Below, one piece after another: positions 14,946 to 35,685 of a stretch of DNA of 64,000 nt (position 1 is its first letter; each line of letters opens with the position of its first letter). The notes below the pieces were generated by a model. The model saw only the letters and a program-made list of their open reading frames with translations. It was not told the origin of the DNA and ran no database searches. The position numbers were made by a program, and so were the translations under genes. The stretch spans positions 21,568,001 through 21,632,000 of the forward strand of contig CP086569.2 of the NCBI GenBank assembly GCA_009914755.4. The letters run 5' to 3'. The DNA comes from the human T2T-CHM13v2.0 reference genome, Homo sapiens.

Positions 14946-16089
14946 TACAACAAAAGACACTCTTAAAGTGAAGAGACAACCTAAAGAATATAGAAAATAC
15001 CTGCAAACTACATATCTGACAAGGGATTAATAACTAGAACATATAAGAAACCCAAACAATTCTATAGGAAAAAATCAAATAATCTAATTTTTAAATGGGC
15101 AAAATATTGGAATTGCTGTTTCTCAAAAGAAGACATGCAAATGCCAAACCTGCCTATAAAAAGGTGCCAAACATCATTAATCATCAGATAAATGCAAATC
15201 AAAACTAGAATGAGATACCATCTTACTCCAGTAAAAATGGTTTATATCCAAAACAAGGGCAATAACAAATCATGGCAAAGATGTGGAGCAAAGGAAAACC
15301 TCATAAACTATTGATGTAAATGTAAATTACTACAACCACTAGGGAGAACAGTTTGGAGAGTTCTCAAAAAACTTAAAATAGAGCTACCATATGATTCAGC
15401 AATCCCACTGCTGGGCATATATACCCCCTTAAAAGAAAACAAGTACATCAAAGATAACCTGCACTCTCATGATTTTTGCAGCACTATCCACAATAGCTGA
15501 AATTTGGAAGCAATTTGTGTCCAACAACAGAAGAATGGATTTTAAAAATGTAGTACATACACCCAACATAGTACTATTCAGCCATAAAAAAGAATGAGAT
15601 CTAGTCATTTGTAACAACATAGATTGTACTGATTGTAATTATGTTAAGTGAAATAAGTCAGGCACAGAGAGATGAAAATCACATCTTCTCACTTATATGT
15701 AGGATTTAAATGTCAAAGCAATTAAACTCATGGGAATAGAAGGTACAAGGCTGGTTACCAGAGACTAGAAAAGGTAGAGAGAATTAGTGGAAAGATGAGT
15801 TTGGTTAATGGGTACAAAAAAATAGAATAAATAATACCTAGTATTTGCTAATACAACAGGGTGAATACAGTCAATAATAATTTAACTGTAAATTTTAAAA
15901 TAACTAAAATAATATAATTAGATTGTAATACAAAGTTTAAATGTTTGAGGGCATAGATATTTCATTATTCCATTCTGATAATGTGATTATTTCATATTAC
16001 ATGTTTGTAATGAAGCATATATCCCATAAATATATACATCTATCATTTACTCACAAAAATTAAAAATATAAAATATTTAAAAAAACACA

Positions 16090-16512
16090 ATGGAATATTT
16101 TGCATAATAAAAAACATTGCCCTAAAATTTATATAGTCTCAAGGAACTGTTAATAGCCAAAACACTCTTAAGAAAACAAAATTGGAGGTCTCACATTTCC
16201 TTATTTAAAAACCTATCACAAAACAACAGTAATAAAAGGTATTACTTGTGTAAATGTAGTATAAAATAAGTAAAATATATAAAGAACTCACAAATAAGCC
16301 TTCTAGTGAGTTGGTTTTTGACAAGAGAGATAAGACAATTTAATGGGGAGAAATAGTTTTTTTTTAACAAATGGTGTTGAGGAAAGTAAGTATTGACAGG
16401 GAAAAACAACAAAAATTAAATTCTTACTTTATACCATATATAAAAATTAACTCAAAATCGGTCAAAAACCTAAAGTTAAGGCCTAAATGTGTAGAGTTCT
16501 TAGACAAAAATA
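16090..16512 (+). mobile_element. old L1 (L1M-like) ORF2 C-terminal fragment
   Basis: translates to ..KTYHKTTVIKG.. / ..FIPYIKINSKSVKNLKLRPK.. (L1 ORF2 C-terminus) then abruptly joins a different L1 5' truncation point. Confidence 0.55.
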
Positions 16513-19905
<3,393 letters not shown>

Positions 19906-21044
19906 AAAAAAGTAAAAGAAAGATTTAATTTTAAAAGTAAATAAATAAAATAAAATACATTATATCTATTTTTTTAAAGGCTTTCCTGAGCACGCAACAC
20001 ACAGTGAGGCTGTGCTCTCCAGGAATGCACAGCAGATGACCCAGTGAGTTCCCAGTTGGTGCAGGTCTTGGTTAGAGTGAGGTGGGGTGAAAGGGAAGCA
20101 CTTTCCTGATGTTTCCCTGTGTTCCAATGTACTTCACATTCTAGGCCTCTGAACAGGGGCTCTCAGTTGAGTGAGTGGTTCTCATCTCCTGCTGGCCTGG
20201 CATTTCATTGTTCTGGAATTTCTGCCCAAGTGGAGACTGAGCTGTGTGCTGTGCCAGCTTCCTTCTGATGCATCTGTGAGCTGCTGTTGTGAGGTTGGTG
20301 GCACGAGGGAGAGCTGAACCGAAAGACATAACCCCTCCTACCGAGGCTGACCTCACACTCTAGGGGAGTAGCACAGTGTCCTTTAAAAGACCTTAGTGGA
20401 AACTTTCTTTACCTGGTGAAAATACGTGGTAGTAAAATAATTTACTGTTTTAACATGAGCCCTCCTGCTTGGAAAAGCTTTTATACAATCAGAAATTACA
20501 CACTGAAAATAATAGTCGAATGAAATCCCTTTATAAAATGTTTAAATGGCTCATCAGGTGACCAAATGTACCTGAAGAATTTGTAAGTTGTCACACCAAT
20601 GTATTCAATTTGAATGTTTTTTATCTTTTCCATGCTGAGCCACAGAATGCAGAACTTCTAATAATAAAAGATTTAAGGACTCAGGGGGGACAAGGTGGCC
20701 ATCCTGGTTCTCCATGAGTCAATGCTTAATAAACATTAGACTAATATCTTCTTGAATGCCAGTTGTTTTTCCAAATTAGGTGCATAGCACTGATAATTGA
20801 TGGTTTATCATGGGTAATGTGACTGAGACCATGAGGTTTACTTACATTGTATATTTAAAGAATTTCAATATCAGCTGGTTTCACATGAAAATCTGACAAA
20901 GTATTTTCTTGATATTTAATAATTTTTTGTTCTACTTAGATTAGTAGCTTTATAGAGGGAAATTTGGTTATTTACGTGGTTTACAATATCTTAACATAAT
21001 AACTCTACTTAGAAATTAGAATTCTAGAGTATCAAGGATCACGC

Positions 21045-23190
21045 TCCTCATGGCAGATGAGAGGCAGGAGTAGATTGCAGCTCTGGAGAGAGCATCTAAA
21101 ACATGAATTTTAGCTCCAGATTGACCGCAAGAAAAAAACGGCAATCTTGAGAGGACCACAGATTCTCTGAAGGAAGTGGACTGTTCCTGCATGACCTAGG
21201 AGACACACCAAATATTGTAAGTGCCCAACTGTGAAAGCGGAAAAGGGAGACCCTCCTCTCCCAAACACACACCACCACTAGAGAAACTGATGATGTGTTT
21301 GCAAGAGAATTTTCTGACTTTACCTGGAGCTGAGTCAGTTTAGAGAGCCAAGTCAAATGCAGGGGTCAAGGAAGCAGCAGAAAGGCCCTAGGAACTAGCT
21401 GGATTCCCTAGCAGGCAATTCCTGCCTGGCACCACAGGGATCCATCCAGAGGGTGGCCAAAGGAGCAGGAGGTAAAACTTAACAGGGAGAAAAAAATCTC
21501 TAGCTGACCTTTGTAAGTAATAATTTGAAAGGGGCAAGAAGCCTCCTGGCCAGAACTCACAGAAGGGGCAAATCTGGTGTGGAAATTCCACAGGTGGAGA
21601 AAGAACCAAGCCCCCTTTTTTCGCACCTGGGAGATGGGTATCCTCGGGCAAGTTTTCAAGCCTGTCTCACCCTCTACCTGGAAACAAACTCAGGGATGTT
21701 GGAGTGGCATAGTGAAAGTGAGATTGGCCCTTCAGTTTGCATGGGAGGTGGGTGAGGCCTGTGACTGCTAGATTTCCCCTACTCCCCTGGAAACCTGCAT
21801 GACTCAACACAGGCACTGAGTCATGCAGGCACTGGTATCCACAGCTGACAGACACATAGTTCATACCACAGAACTCTGGGTAGACTCTGTGTAGACAACC
21901 CCCAGTACTGACCTGGAAATGGGTAGACTTATTGGGTGGCTAGACCCAGAAATGAGGCAACAATCGCTGCAGTTTGGCTCACAAGAAGCCGCATCCATAG
22001 GAAAAGTGGGAGAGTGTTACATCGAGGGAACACTCTGTGGGAAAAAATAATCTGAACAACAGTCTTAAGCCCTAGATCTTCTCTCTGACAGACCCTACCC
22101 AAATAAGAAGGAACATAAAAACCAACCCTGGTAATATGACAAAACAAGGCTCTTCAACACTCCCAGAAAAATCACACTAATTCACCAGCAATGGAACCAA
22201 ACAAAGAAGAAATCCTTGATTTACCTGAAAAATAATTTAGGAGGTTAGTTACTAAGCTAGTCAGAGAGACAAAAGAGAAACGCAAAGCTGAATGCAAGAA
22301 AATTAAAAAAAAAAAAAAAAAAACCCGATACAAGAAGTGAAGGAAGAAACAGTTGAGGACATAGATAGCTTAAAGAAAAGAAAAACAATCAAAAATTCAG
22401 GGAACTTTAGGCACAATTCTAGAAATGCAAAATACTCTGGAAAATCTCAGCAACAGAATTGAACAAGCAGAAGGAAGAAATTCAAAGCTTAAAGAAAAAT
22501 TAAAAATTAAAGAAAAAGGTCTTTGAATTCACCCAATGTAACAAAGATAAAGAAAAAAGAATAAGAAAATATGAACAAAGCCTCCAAGTAATCTAAGATC
22601 ATGTTAAATGATCAAACCTAAGAATAATCAGCGTTCCTAAGAAGAGAATTCTAAAAGCTTAGAAAATATATTTGGGGGAATAATCAAGGAAAACTTTTCT
22701 CATCTGGCTGGAGACCTAGACATCCAAATACGAGAAGCAAAAAGAACACATGGGAAATTCGTTGCAAAAAGATAATTGCCTAGGCACATTGTCATCAGGT
22801 TATCCAAAGTTAAGATGAGGGAAAGAATCTTAAGAGATTTGAGACAGAAGCTCCAGGTAAACTGTAAAGGAAACCCTATAAGATTAACAGCAGATTTCTC
22901 AGAAGAAACCCTACAAGCTAGATGGGATTGGGGCCCTATCTTCAGCCTCCTCAAACAAAGCAATTATCAGCCAATAATTTTGTATCCACTGAAACTAAGC
23001 ATTATGTATGAAGAAAAGATACAGTCTTTCAGACAAACAAATGCTGAGATAATTCACCATTACCAAGCCACCACTACAAGAACTGCCGTAAGGATCTCTA
23101 AAACTTGAAACAAATCCTGGTAACACATCAAAACAAAACCACTTCAGAGCATAAATCAAACAGAACCTATAAAATAAAAGTACAACTTAG

Positions 23191-23221
<31 letters not shown>

Positions 23222-26165
23222 CAGAAAAAAACCCTGAAAAACAAACACACACACACAAAAAAACAAAGTACACAGGTAACAAATAGCACAATGAATGCAA
23301 TGATACCTCACATCTTAATACTAATGTTGAATGTAAATTGCCTAAATGCTACACTTTAAAAAGATACAGAACCACAGAATTGATAAGAATTCATCCAACC
23401 ATCTTCTGCCTTCATGAGACTCACCTAACACATAAAGACTCACAAAAACTTAAATAAAGAAGTGGAAAAAAGCGTTTCATGAAAATGGGTACCAAAATTG
23501 AGCAGAGGTAGCTATTCTTAGACAAAACAAACTTTAAAGCAGAGCCATTAAAAGAGACAAAGAGGGACATTATATAATGATAAATGGGCTCGTCCAACAA
23601 GAAAATATCACAATCCTAAACATACATGTACCTAACACAGGAGCTCTCAAATTTATAAAAACAATTACTAATAGACCAAAGAAATAAGATAGACAGTAAC
23701 ACAATAACAGTGGGGGCATTTCAATACTCCATTGACAGCACTAGACAGGTCATCAAGACAGAAAGTCAACAAAGAAACAATGGATTTAAAGTATACTTTG
23801 GAAAAAATGAACTTAACAGATATGTACAGAACATTTCATCCAACAGCTGCAGAATACACATTCTATTCAACACAGCATGAAACTTTCTCCAAGATAGACC
23901 ATAGAATAGGCCATAAAATGAGCTTCAATAAATTTTAGAATATTAAAATAATATCAAGCACTCTCTTAGACCACACTGGAATAAAACTGGAAATCAAACC
24001 CAAAAGGAAACTTCAAAACCATGCAAATATATGAAAATTAGATAACCTGCTCCTGAATGATCACTGGGTCAAAAATAAAATCAAGATAGAAATTTTAAAA
24101 TTCTTTGAATTGAATGACAATAATTACACAACATATCAAAACTCTGGCATGCAGCAAAGGCAGTTTTAAGAGGAAAGTTCATAGCTCTAAACCCCTACAT
24201 CAAAAAGACTGAAAGAGCACAAACTGACATTTTACAGTCACACCTCAAGTAACTAGAAAAACAAGAATAAACAAAACCCTAATCCAGCAGAAGAAAGGAA
24301 ATGACCAAAATCAGAGCAGAGCTAAATATAATTGACAGAAGCAAAACAATACAAAAGATAAAACAAAAAGCTGGTTCTCTGAAAAGACAAATACAATTGA
24401 TAGGCTATTAGCAAGATTAACCAAGAAAAGAAGAGAGAAATCCAAATAACCTCATTAAGAAACAAAACAGGAGATATTACAACTAACACCACTGAAATAC
24501 AAAAGATCATTCAAGGCTTTTATGAACACTTTATGTACATAATCAAGAAAACCTAGAAGAGAAAAATAAATTCCTGGAAAGATACAACCTTCCTAGTTTA
24601 AAGCAGGAAAAATTAGATACCCTGAACCGACAAATAAAAAGCAGCAAGATTGAAATGGCAATAAAAAGTTACCAACAACAAACAAGTACAGGACAAGACA
24701 GATTCACAGCAGAATTCTACCATACATTCAAAGAAGAATTAGTACCAATCGTTTTGATGGGTAGAGAAAGAAGGAACATTCCCTAATTCATTCTATGAAG
24801 CCACCATCCCTCTAGTACCAAAACCAGGAAAGCATGTAACCAAACAAGAAAACTACAGACCAATATCCTTGATGAACATAGATGCTAAAATCCTTAACAC
24901 AATACTAGTTAACCAAAACCAACAATATATCAAAATGATAATCCACCATGATCAAGTGGGTTTTATGCCAGTGATGCAGGGATGGTATAACATACACAAA
25001 TTAATAGATGTGACACACCACATAAACACAGTTAAAAACAAAAACAAAAGATTATCTCAATAGGCACAGAAAAAGCATTCAACAAAATTCAGCATCCCTT
25101 TATCATTAAAACTCTCAGTAAAATTGGCATACGAGGGACATATATTAATGTAATAAAAGCCATCTATGACAAACCCACAGCCAACATAATACTGAATGGG
25201 AAAAAGTTGAAAGCAATCCCTCTTAGAACTGGAACAAGACAAGGATGCCCACTCTCACCATCCTCTTCAACATAGTACTGAAAGTCCTAGCCAGAGCAAT
25301 CAGACAAGAGAAAGAAATAAAAAGCATCCAAATCAGTAAACAGAAAGTCAAATTGTCACTGTTTGCTGACGATATAATTGGGTACCTTGAAAACCATAAA
25401 GATTCTTCCAGAAAGCTCCTAGAACTGATAAAAGAATTCAGATGAGTTTCTGGATACAAGATTAATGCAACAAATTAGTAGCTGATCTAAACACCAACAG
25501 TGACCAAGCAGATAATCAAATCAATAAGTCAACCCCTTTTACAATAGCTGTAAAAGATATACAAAATACTAAGGAATATACCTAACCAAGGACGTGAAAG
25601 TCCTCTACAAAGAAAATTAGAAAACACTCCAGAAAGAAATCATAGATTACACAAACATTTGGAAACACATCCCTTGCTCAGAGATCGGTAGAATCATTAT
25701 TGTGAAAATGACCATACTCCCAAAAGCAATCTATAAATTTAATGCAATCCTCCTCAAAAGCCACCATCATTCTTCACAGAATTAGAAAAACAATTCTAAA
25801 ATTCATATGGAACCAAAAAAGAGCCCACATAGCCAAAGCAAGAGTAAGCAAAAAGAACAAATCTGGAGGCATCACACTACCTGATTTCAAACTACGTTAT
25901 AAGGCCATAGTAACCAAAATATCTTGGTACTGTTATAAAAATAGGCACCTAGACCAATGGAACAAAATAGAGAACCCAGAAATAAACCCAAATACTTAGA
26001 GCCAACTGATCTTCGACAAAGCAAACAAAAACAAAAAGTGAGGAAAGGACAACCTTTTCGACAAATATTGCTGAGATAATTGGCTAGCCACATGTGGGAG
26101 AAAAAAATTGGATCCTCATCTCTCACCTTACACAAAAATCAACTCAAGATAGAAGGACTTAAATT
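21045..26165 (+). mobile_element. older LINE-1 with 5'UTR, ORF1 and most of ORF2; 3'-truncated (ends in ORF2 C-terminus, no 3'UTR)
   Basis: 5'UTR-like start (ggcagatgagaggcaggagtagattgcagctc); ORF 22776-23108 = ORF1 C-term (..NPIRLTADFSEETLQARWDWGPIF..); ORF2 EN (..LHETHL..) from ~23.3 kb, RT (ORF 25245-25445 ..[10 protein letters not shown]..); ends ..[15 protein letters not shown]. Confidence 0.8.
22303..22322. repeat. poly(A) tract inside L1
   Basis: A20 run. Confidence 0.7.
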
Positions 26166-26398
26166 ATGGTAATTATGTGCTAGGTGCTGAAAAGGGCTAA
26201 TTATTTCCAGCACAGCTAGGGGTGTGGCCAGCTCCACATGTCCCCAGACCTTACATAGCTGGAAAGCAGGTAAGTTAAACAATTCTCAAGAGCCAAATAA
26301 GCAGTTTATGATCTTAAAGCATTCAGCCAACCTAATATTGAATATAATTTAGACCACATACTTACATTTTGAACAGAATTGTATCTTACCAATAATCT

Positions 26399-26713
26399 CT
26401 TTCTTTCTTTCTTTCTTTTTTTTTTTTTTGAGATGGAGTCTCACTCTGTCACTCAGGCTGGAGTGCAGTGGTGCAATCTTGGCTCACTGCATGCTCCGCC
26501 TTCCAGGTTCACACCATTCTCCTGCCTCAGCCTCCTGAGTAGCTGGGACTACAGGTGCCCACCACCACGCCTGGCTAATTTTTTTTTGTATTTTTAGTAG
26601 ACACAGGGTTTCACTGTGTTAGCCAGGATAGTCTTGATCTCCTGACCTCATGTTCCGCCCACCTCAGCCTCCCAAAGTGCTGGGATTACAGGCATGAGAC
26701 ACTGCACCCGGCC
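26399..26713 (-). mobile_element. AluY-type element (minus strand) with intact ~11-bp TSD (ttaccaataat)
   Basis: rc reads ggccgggtgcagtgtctcatgcctgtaatcc..gagatcaagactatcctggctaacac (AluY diagnostic) ..; (TTTC)n/T-rich tail at left; identical flanks. Confidence 0.9.
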
Positions 26714-27149
26714 ATATTTTACCAATAATTGTTAGAATCATCTTTATTTTCCAAAGATTGCTGTAGTAACATGAACTAAATAAAAGGCATCACACTTTTT
26801 ACTTTTCTGACAAAATATTTGATTTAAGCTTATATTATTATTAAACCAATTAATTAAAGCTCTTTTGAATTAACTAAAGTTTTCAGAGGACATAAACAGT
26901 GACTTTTACCTTTCATTTAACCAGTTTGCACATACAAAGAGACCAGAGACTGACTGGAAAGAAACACTCACACTTTTGCTGGCATTCCAGGTTTCTGGGT
27001 TCTCTCTCCCCGAGCTGCCCTGGCAACTCTGCTTGACTGTATGCAAACAAGCATATTTCCATAAATTATGAATATTCACCAATAGTTTACAAATTTTGGA
27101 GAAATTAGGCAGAGACAGAGAAATATTACTCATATTTTATTTATGAGCT

Positions 27150-30300
<3,151 letters not shown>

Positions 30301-30470
30301 GAAAGGTGTTGTGCTCCATTAATTCCTGTGGGCTTGACAAAGGTAGCTTAGGAATTCAAGATAAATGGAATGAATGCATAGTAATTCCTTGCTAGAAATG
30401 CATAGGAAACAAAGTAACTATTCACAGAACCAAATAAAAGCCTTCCACTAAGAACTAAAAATGTCATGGT

Positions 30471-30492
30471 TTTATATATATATATATATATA
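30471..30492. repeat. (TA)n microsatellite
   Basis: tatatatatatatatatatatg. Confidence 0.8.
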
Positions 30493-32855
30493 TGCACACC
30501 CAAGCAAAGCCAGAGGAGAATAAACAGTAAAGAATAAAAACTAGAAGCAAAACTGAGCAGGAAACAAATGCTAAAGATTCCTACTCAATTTATCCTGAAG
30601 ACTACAGTGTTACATAGGACCTCCAAAACCCACTTATTGAATATTTTATTACTGATTCACAATTTAATACTCTTACATTTACCAGTATCATTATACATCC
30701 TATGCAATTGAGAAATTCACTTTAGGCACATGACCAATAAGTACTCTAGCACTATCCTTGCAAAACAGTAAACACAGTGTGAAGCAATGAAAGCATGTAT
30801 ATAAAATTTGGCTCCCCACTAAATCCGGCTTCATGCTAAACTATATTAAAGAAGAATTGCCAAATTGTCAATGCATTTCTTTACAATACATCTTATTTTA
30901 TTTTAATCAAGACCAAGAGCTTTAACTATGAAAATGTTAATTGCCAAATGTCTCTAATTCTCTACAAATTTTAAAGAATATTTTAATATTTAAACTTTCT
31001 CCACATCTTTCTCCCTTACCTAATGATTCCTTACTGCATTGTTTCATAAATAACCTCTTCACATCTGTAATTTAAGCTAACTTTTAGATTACTTCAGAAT
31101 TAACCAAAATTATTTTCTTTTCACTAATAACCTAACCCTTTCTGGCACATTGTATATAGAGGATTACATGTTAACTAGAATTTTTATCCTTAGTAACATA
31201 AAACTTTAGTGAAACCCTAAAAAGCAAGAAATCTTGAACTATCAGATATGGGCATTAATAGATAAGAACAATTCCACAATTTTAGAAATATATTATCTCC
31301 CTATTACAACCTTTTTTTAATGGAAATGCCTCAGATATTAAATGAGCATAAAAATAACTTTGAGATTTTGATTTACAGAAAAAGTTTACCTAAAACAATT
31401 ATCTGATTCACTTGTACTTAATTTTTTCCTTCAACAAGGGAGACATGAGACATTAATCAACATATGTGAAATGAAATTTGTTTGGTCCAGAAAAGTGGAC
31501 AACTCGAAGCAGGAAAGGGGCTTGGGGCTTTCATGGCACAGGTAACAAAGACAAACATAAAATGCAGAGAAAATGTATGCTGACAATTCTGAAGGTGTTT
31601 ATATTTTTATTCCATGAATAATTTTAAAGCTACCTTGTTTAGTAAAGTTATATTTCATGTGAACTTGAAAACTGCTTGGACTTATTTACTAATTTATGAG
31701 AGCTCTTTTACTTATAAAACAATTTGGTAGACACAACACTTAAGAATAAGTGTACATACAAATAAACACATCTAGAAATGTATACACATACATAAAGAGA
31801 TCCAATAGCTTGGAACCTTAGCCAAGCGATAGCAGTACAAGCTTACCAGTTTTACTGTGCCCCAATAGATAATCCAATGAAAGCTGTGAACCAAAATTTC
31901 GGGTAAAACACTCCATAACAATTTGAAACTATTGACCTCAGACAATTGCCTTCAATTTCCAAGGAGCCACAAGGAAACAGCCACTGAAAGACTGAAAAAA
32001 GAAAGAGGGGAAAAAAAAATGAAGAAGACACTGGTCCCTTTAGTGAACCAGGTAGTTGCAGTTAGGCACTTCCACATGGAAACCCCTTCATTTTCACTGA
32101 CCACAGCCAGGAACCTACAGTTGCTTTAATGTTTAGGCACTGCCCAACAAGAGTCCCGAGTTGGAAAGTAAATGAAAAAGAGAGAGATTCCCCTGTATGG
32201 AGCAGAAAGGAAAGAGAAAAATGAATCCCAAACTTTGGGTCTAGCTTTTCCTGAATTTTCTCCAGGCTGGCTCACCTAAATATGTTATTGGTGGAGGTTG
32301 TCCAGGTTCTTGGCATCTTGAACAAAGAACTGGATAAAATGCACAAACGAAGCAAGGAAGGAATGAAGGGATTTATTGAAAATGAAGGTGCACTCTACAG
32401 TGTGTGAGCAGGCCTAAGCACAGGAGCTCAAAGGCCCTGTTACAGAATTTTTGGGAGTTGAAGAGTTTAAATAGTCCCTAGAGTATTCTATTGGTTACTT
32501 GGTGTATGCTCTATGTAAATGGAAAGGATGAGGTATAGATACAAAGTCATTTACTCGGCATACGGCCTATGGAGAGGAAATTTCCTGTCATAGCTGAAGT
32601 GTGAATTGGCCTTATGTTTCCTGTCTCCAGATCCTATTTTTCTGCCTCAAAAGGAGAACATATATTTGAGGCTAGGCAGATCTTAGGTGTCAGGGTGCTG
32701 TGACTCCATTTTCCTCTGCTCATTGCCTTCCTCCTCTCCGTTGTTGAGAAGCTTTCATAGCTTCCTTTCCTCGGCACTCCAGATTCCAGCAGTCTGAGGG
32801 CCAACAAAAGACAGTCCCATTTGTCACAGTGGTTTCTAGGCATTAAAAAGACAGG

Positions 32856-32920
32856 TCAGGGGTGGTGGCTTACATTTGTAATCCCCATACTTTGAGAGGC
32901 CAAGGTGGGAGGATAGCTTT
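32856..32920 (+). mobile_element. Alu 5' fragment
   Basis: ggtcaggggtggtggcttacatttgtaatccccatactttgagaggccaaggtgggaggata. Confidence 0.6.
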
Positions 32921-33022
32921 CAGGAGGAAGGGGGTATGGAAGCGTCTTGTCCAATCAGTCACCATTGCCCACTCCATGGCCAGAATCAGGGCCAAGAGTG
33001 GCTGAGGAGGTGATGTGGCTAG

Positions 33023-33110
33023 TTCCTTTTTTTTTTTTTTTGAGACAGAGTCTTGCTCTGTTGCCCAGGCTGGAGTGCAGTGGTGTGGTCTTGGCTCACT
33101 GCAAGCTCCA
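33023..33110 (-). mobile_element. severely 5'-truncated Alu (3' end + tail only) with 9-bp TSD (gctagttcc)
   Basis: T15 then gagacagagtcttgctctgttgcccaggctggagtgcagtggtgtggtcttggctcactgcaagctcc; 'gctagttcc' on both sides. Confidence 0.7.
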
Positions 33111-33280
33111 TGCAGCTAGTTCCTTACATAGGTTGTATTGTTTTCCTTATTTCGAATATTGTCTTATAATCAGAAATCATTTGGGGTGATGTTTCATTTA
33201 GTTATTCTTCAGCTGAAATATGAGCTTTTCAATTCTTCAATTCTTCCTTGTTTCCGAGGTCTTCAAGTTTAGATCACTTT

Positions 33281-33589
33281 GCAGGGACACGGATGAAGCT
33301 GGAAACCATCATTCTCAGCAAACTAACACAAGAACAGAAAACCAAACACTGCATGTTATCACTCATAAACAGGAGTTGAACAATGAGAGCACATGGATAC
33401 AGGGAGGGGAACACAATGGGGCGTGTCAGGGAGTTGGGGGCTAGGGGAGGGATAGCACTAGCAGAAATACCTAAAGCAAATGACGGGTTGATGGGTGCTG
33501 CAAACCACCGTGGCATATATATACCTCTGTAACAAACCTGCACATTCTGCACATGTACCCCGGAACTTAAAGTATTAAAAAAAAAGTTT
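33281..33589 (+). mobile_element. L1PA 3'-end fragment
   Basis: ..ggatgaagctggaaaccatcattctcagcaaactaacacaagaacagaaaaccaaacac..gggagggatagcactagcagaaatacctaa..gtaacaaacctgcacattctgcacatgtacccc..taaaaaaaaag. Confidence 0.8.
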
Positions 33590-33996
33590 GCGTATGTACC
33601 AGACACTACCACAAGGCACATTGAGTTTCAGGTGATTTGTATATTTGACATGCTTCACAAGTAAAGAACTTCCTCCTATATTTTTAAACACGTGTGGAAA
33701 GTTTTTTGTGGTAGATGGAAATCACAGAATCAAAAACAAAACAAAACAAAAGAACATGAATCAGAACGAAATAATGTTGTTAACTATTTTATTAAATCCC
33801 CTGGACAGATGGACTTGGAATCCAGGCCTAAATGGTGTGGGCATCTCATTTGGGCTCGGCTTCTGAAGTGTTACCCTCCCATATAATGGATGGTCATTTG
33901 CAGAGATTTTGCACACTTGCCATAGCACCTGGGCAGGCCTTCTCCAGTAGAGCACTCAGTATTTGGGGCTGCGTGATTCTCTGTAGTGGGGCCATC

Positions 33997-34150
33997 CTGG
34001 GCACTGCAGGGTGTTGAGCCTCATCCCCGGGCTCCACTCACCAGATGCCAGGACCACACATCCTCTCTTAGTTGCGACAACCAATAGTGTCTCCAGACAT
34101 TGCATAATATCCCCCAAGGAGGCACAGTCACACCCCTGTTGAGAATCACT
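33997..34150 (-). mobile_element. ancient non-autonomous hAT/MER-type DNA transposon fragment
   Basis: rc: cagtgattctcaacagggg..tgcaatgtctggagacactattggttgtcgcaactaagag..ggtcctggcatctggtgagtggagcccggggatgaggctcaacaccctgcagtgcccagg - the widespread 'cagtggttctcaac...tggcaatgtctggagacatttttggttgtcacaactgggg' mammalian repeat. Confidence 0.5.
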
Positions 34151-34471
34151 GCATCAGGGATAACACATTTTGTCAAGAATAAATGGCCTTTTTGTCCTGA
34201 ATGCCGCAGCTGGGTTTGATACTCAGAACAGCGGTCACACCTAGTTCTTAACAACAGTTCGCCATGTTCTTCGCCGTTTGCCCACCATGGAATCATTCAC
34301 CCCAGGCTCCCCGGCTCCGGGTCCCTGTTGCTTCCGCCGCGGCCCCCTGGCTGCTGGGAGCCAGCTGTTTATGCTCCACTTCCCGGAGCCCTTCCTGCCC
34401 AGAAAGTAGAGACTGTTCCCAGAACGCTCACCCGCGAGAGTTGATGGCTGTCCCTTGGGTTGCTTCCCCTG

Positions 34472-34722
34472 GATGGTGGTGTTCGACAGCCGACCCATAG
34501 AGTCCCTGTCCCTGACAGACGCCGTGACTCCTGACGTGGTGCAGACGCAGCAGCAGAAGTTCGGAGAGAAGCTCTCTCAGCAACAAGCCAGTGCAGCAGC
34601 CGCAGAGGCAGCAGCCATGGCAAAGGTGGCAACCATGACACCAGATGCCCTTTCCCAGCAAAATCCACCAAAGAATGGAGAGGCAACAGTAAATGGGGAA
34701 GAGAAAGGAGCACATGCAATCA
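34472..34722 (+). pseudogene. TBL1Y: TBL1Y-like exon (Ala/Gln-rich linker region); homology starts abruptly mid-exon, no upstream acceptor; open frame
   Basis: translation [81 protein letters not shown]-paralog-specific motifs (FDSRPIESL, AMAKx[13 protein letters not shown]); ends at canonical donor atca|gtgagt. Confidence 0.75.
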
Positions 34723-35283
34723 GTGAGTGTGCAGGCTCTTGAAGTTCGTTGGGCTTCTCTGTGTTGATTCTTTTCTTCTAAATCTCGGCCAATCCGAATG
34801 CCTTCTTAAAGTCTGCTATCAGCGTCTTCGAAACTGCTCTCTAGTGTTTGCTTAAGATCAAGCCGGAAAAGCTTCCCCTTCCATTTTTTCAATCACAACC
34901 CTTCAACCTGCCCCTCTTTATTCTCATCTTCAACTTTAGGAAATCGCGTGCACTGCTAATCTGGGAACACTCCTATAACGCATGGTTATTGCCCATCATA
35001 AACAAAAGGGTTTAATTCGTGGACACGTTTGGTCTCAGCCTCTCGCCTTCCATGTTGAGTGTTTTTGGCCAAATTGTGGTATAATCGTTGAGCTCACGGT
35101 TTCTGCCGACTGCACTGGGCCCCAAACACTGGACATCAGGTTATTTAGTCTTTGCAAAATCCGAGAACATCATTCCCTGTTAGGTGATTGCCAGAGAGTA
35201 CATGGCAAGTCAGTCAGTGAGTCTGAACTTCTATCCAGAGAACCTGCTCCACTTGTACATACTACTCCTCTATAAACCTGTAG

Positions 35284-35685
<402 letters not shown>

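Noticed and set aside
34260-34470. GC-rich stretch immediately upstream of the first TBL1Y-like exon, considered as the missing 5' part of that exon or a further upstream exon
   Set aside because: No reading frame yields the expected ..LQKGLQYVEAEISINK.. or any LisH-domain peptide. The opposite-strand ORFs (34241-34498, 34369-34719, 34428-34715) are antisense artefacts of the GC-rich exon.
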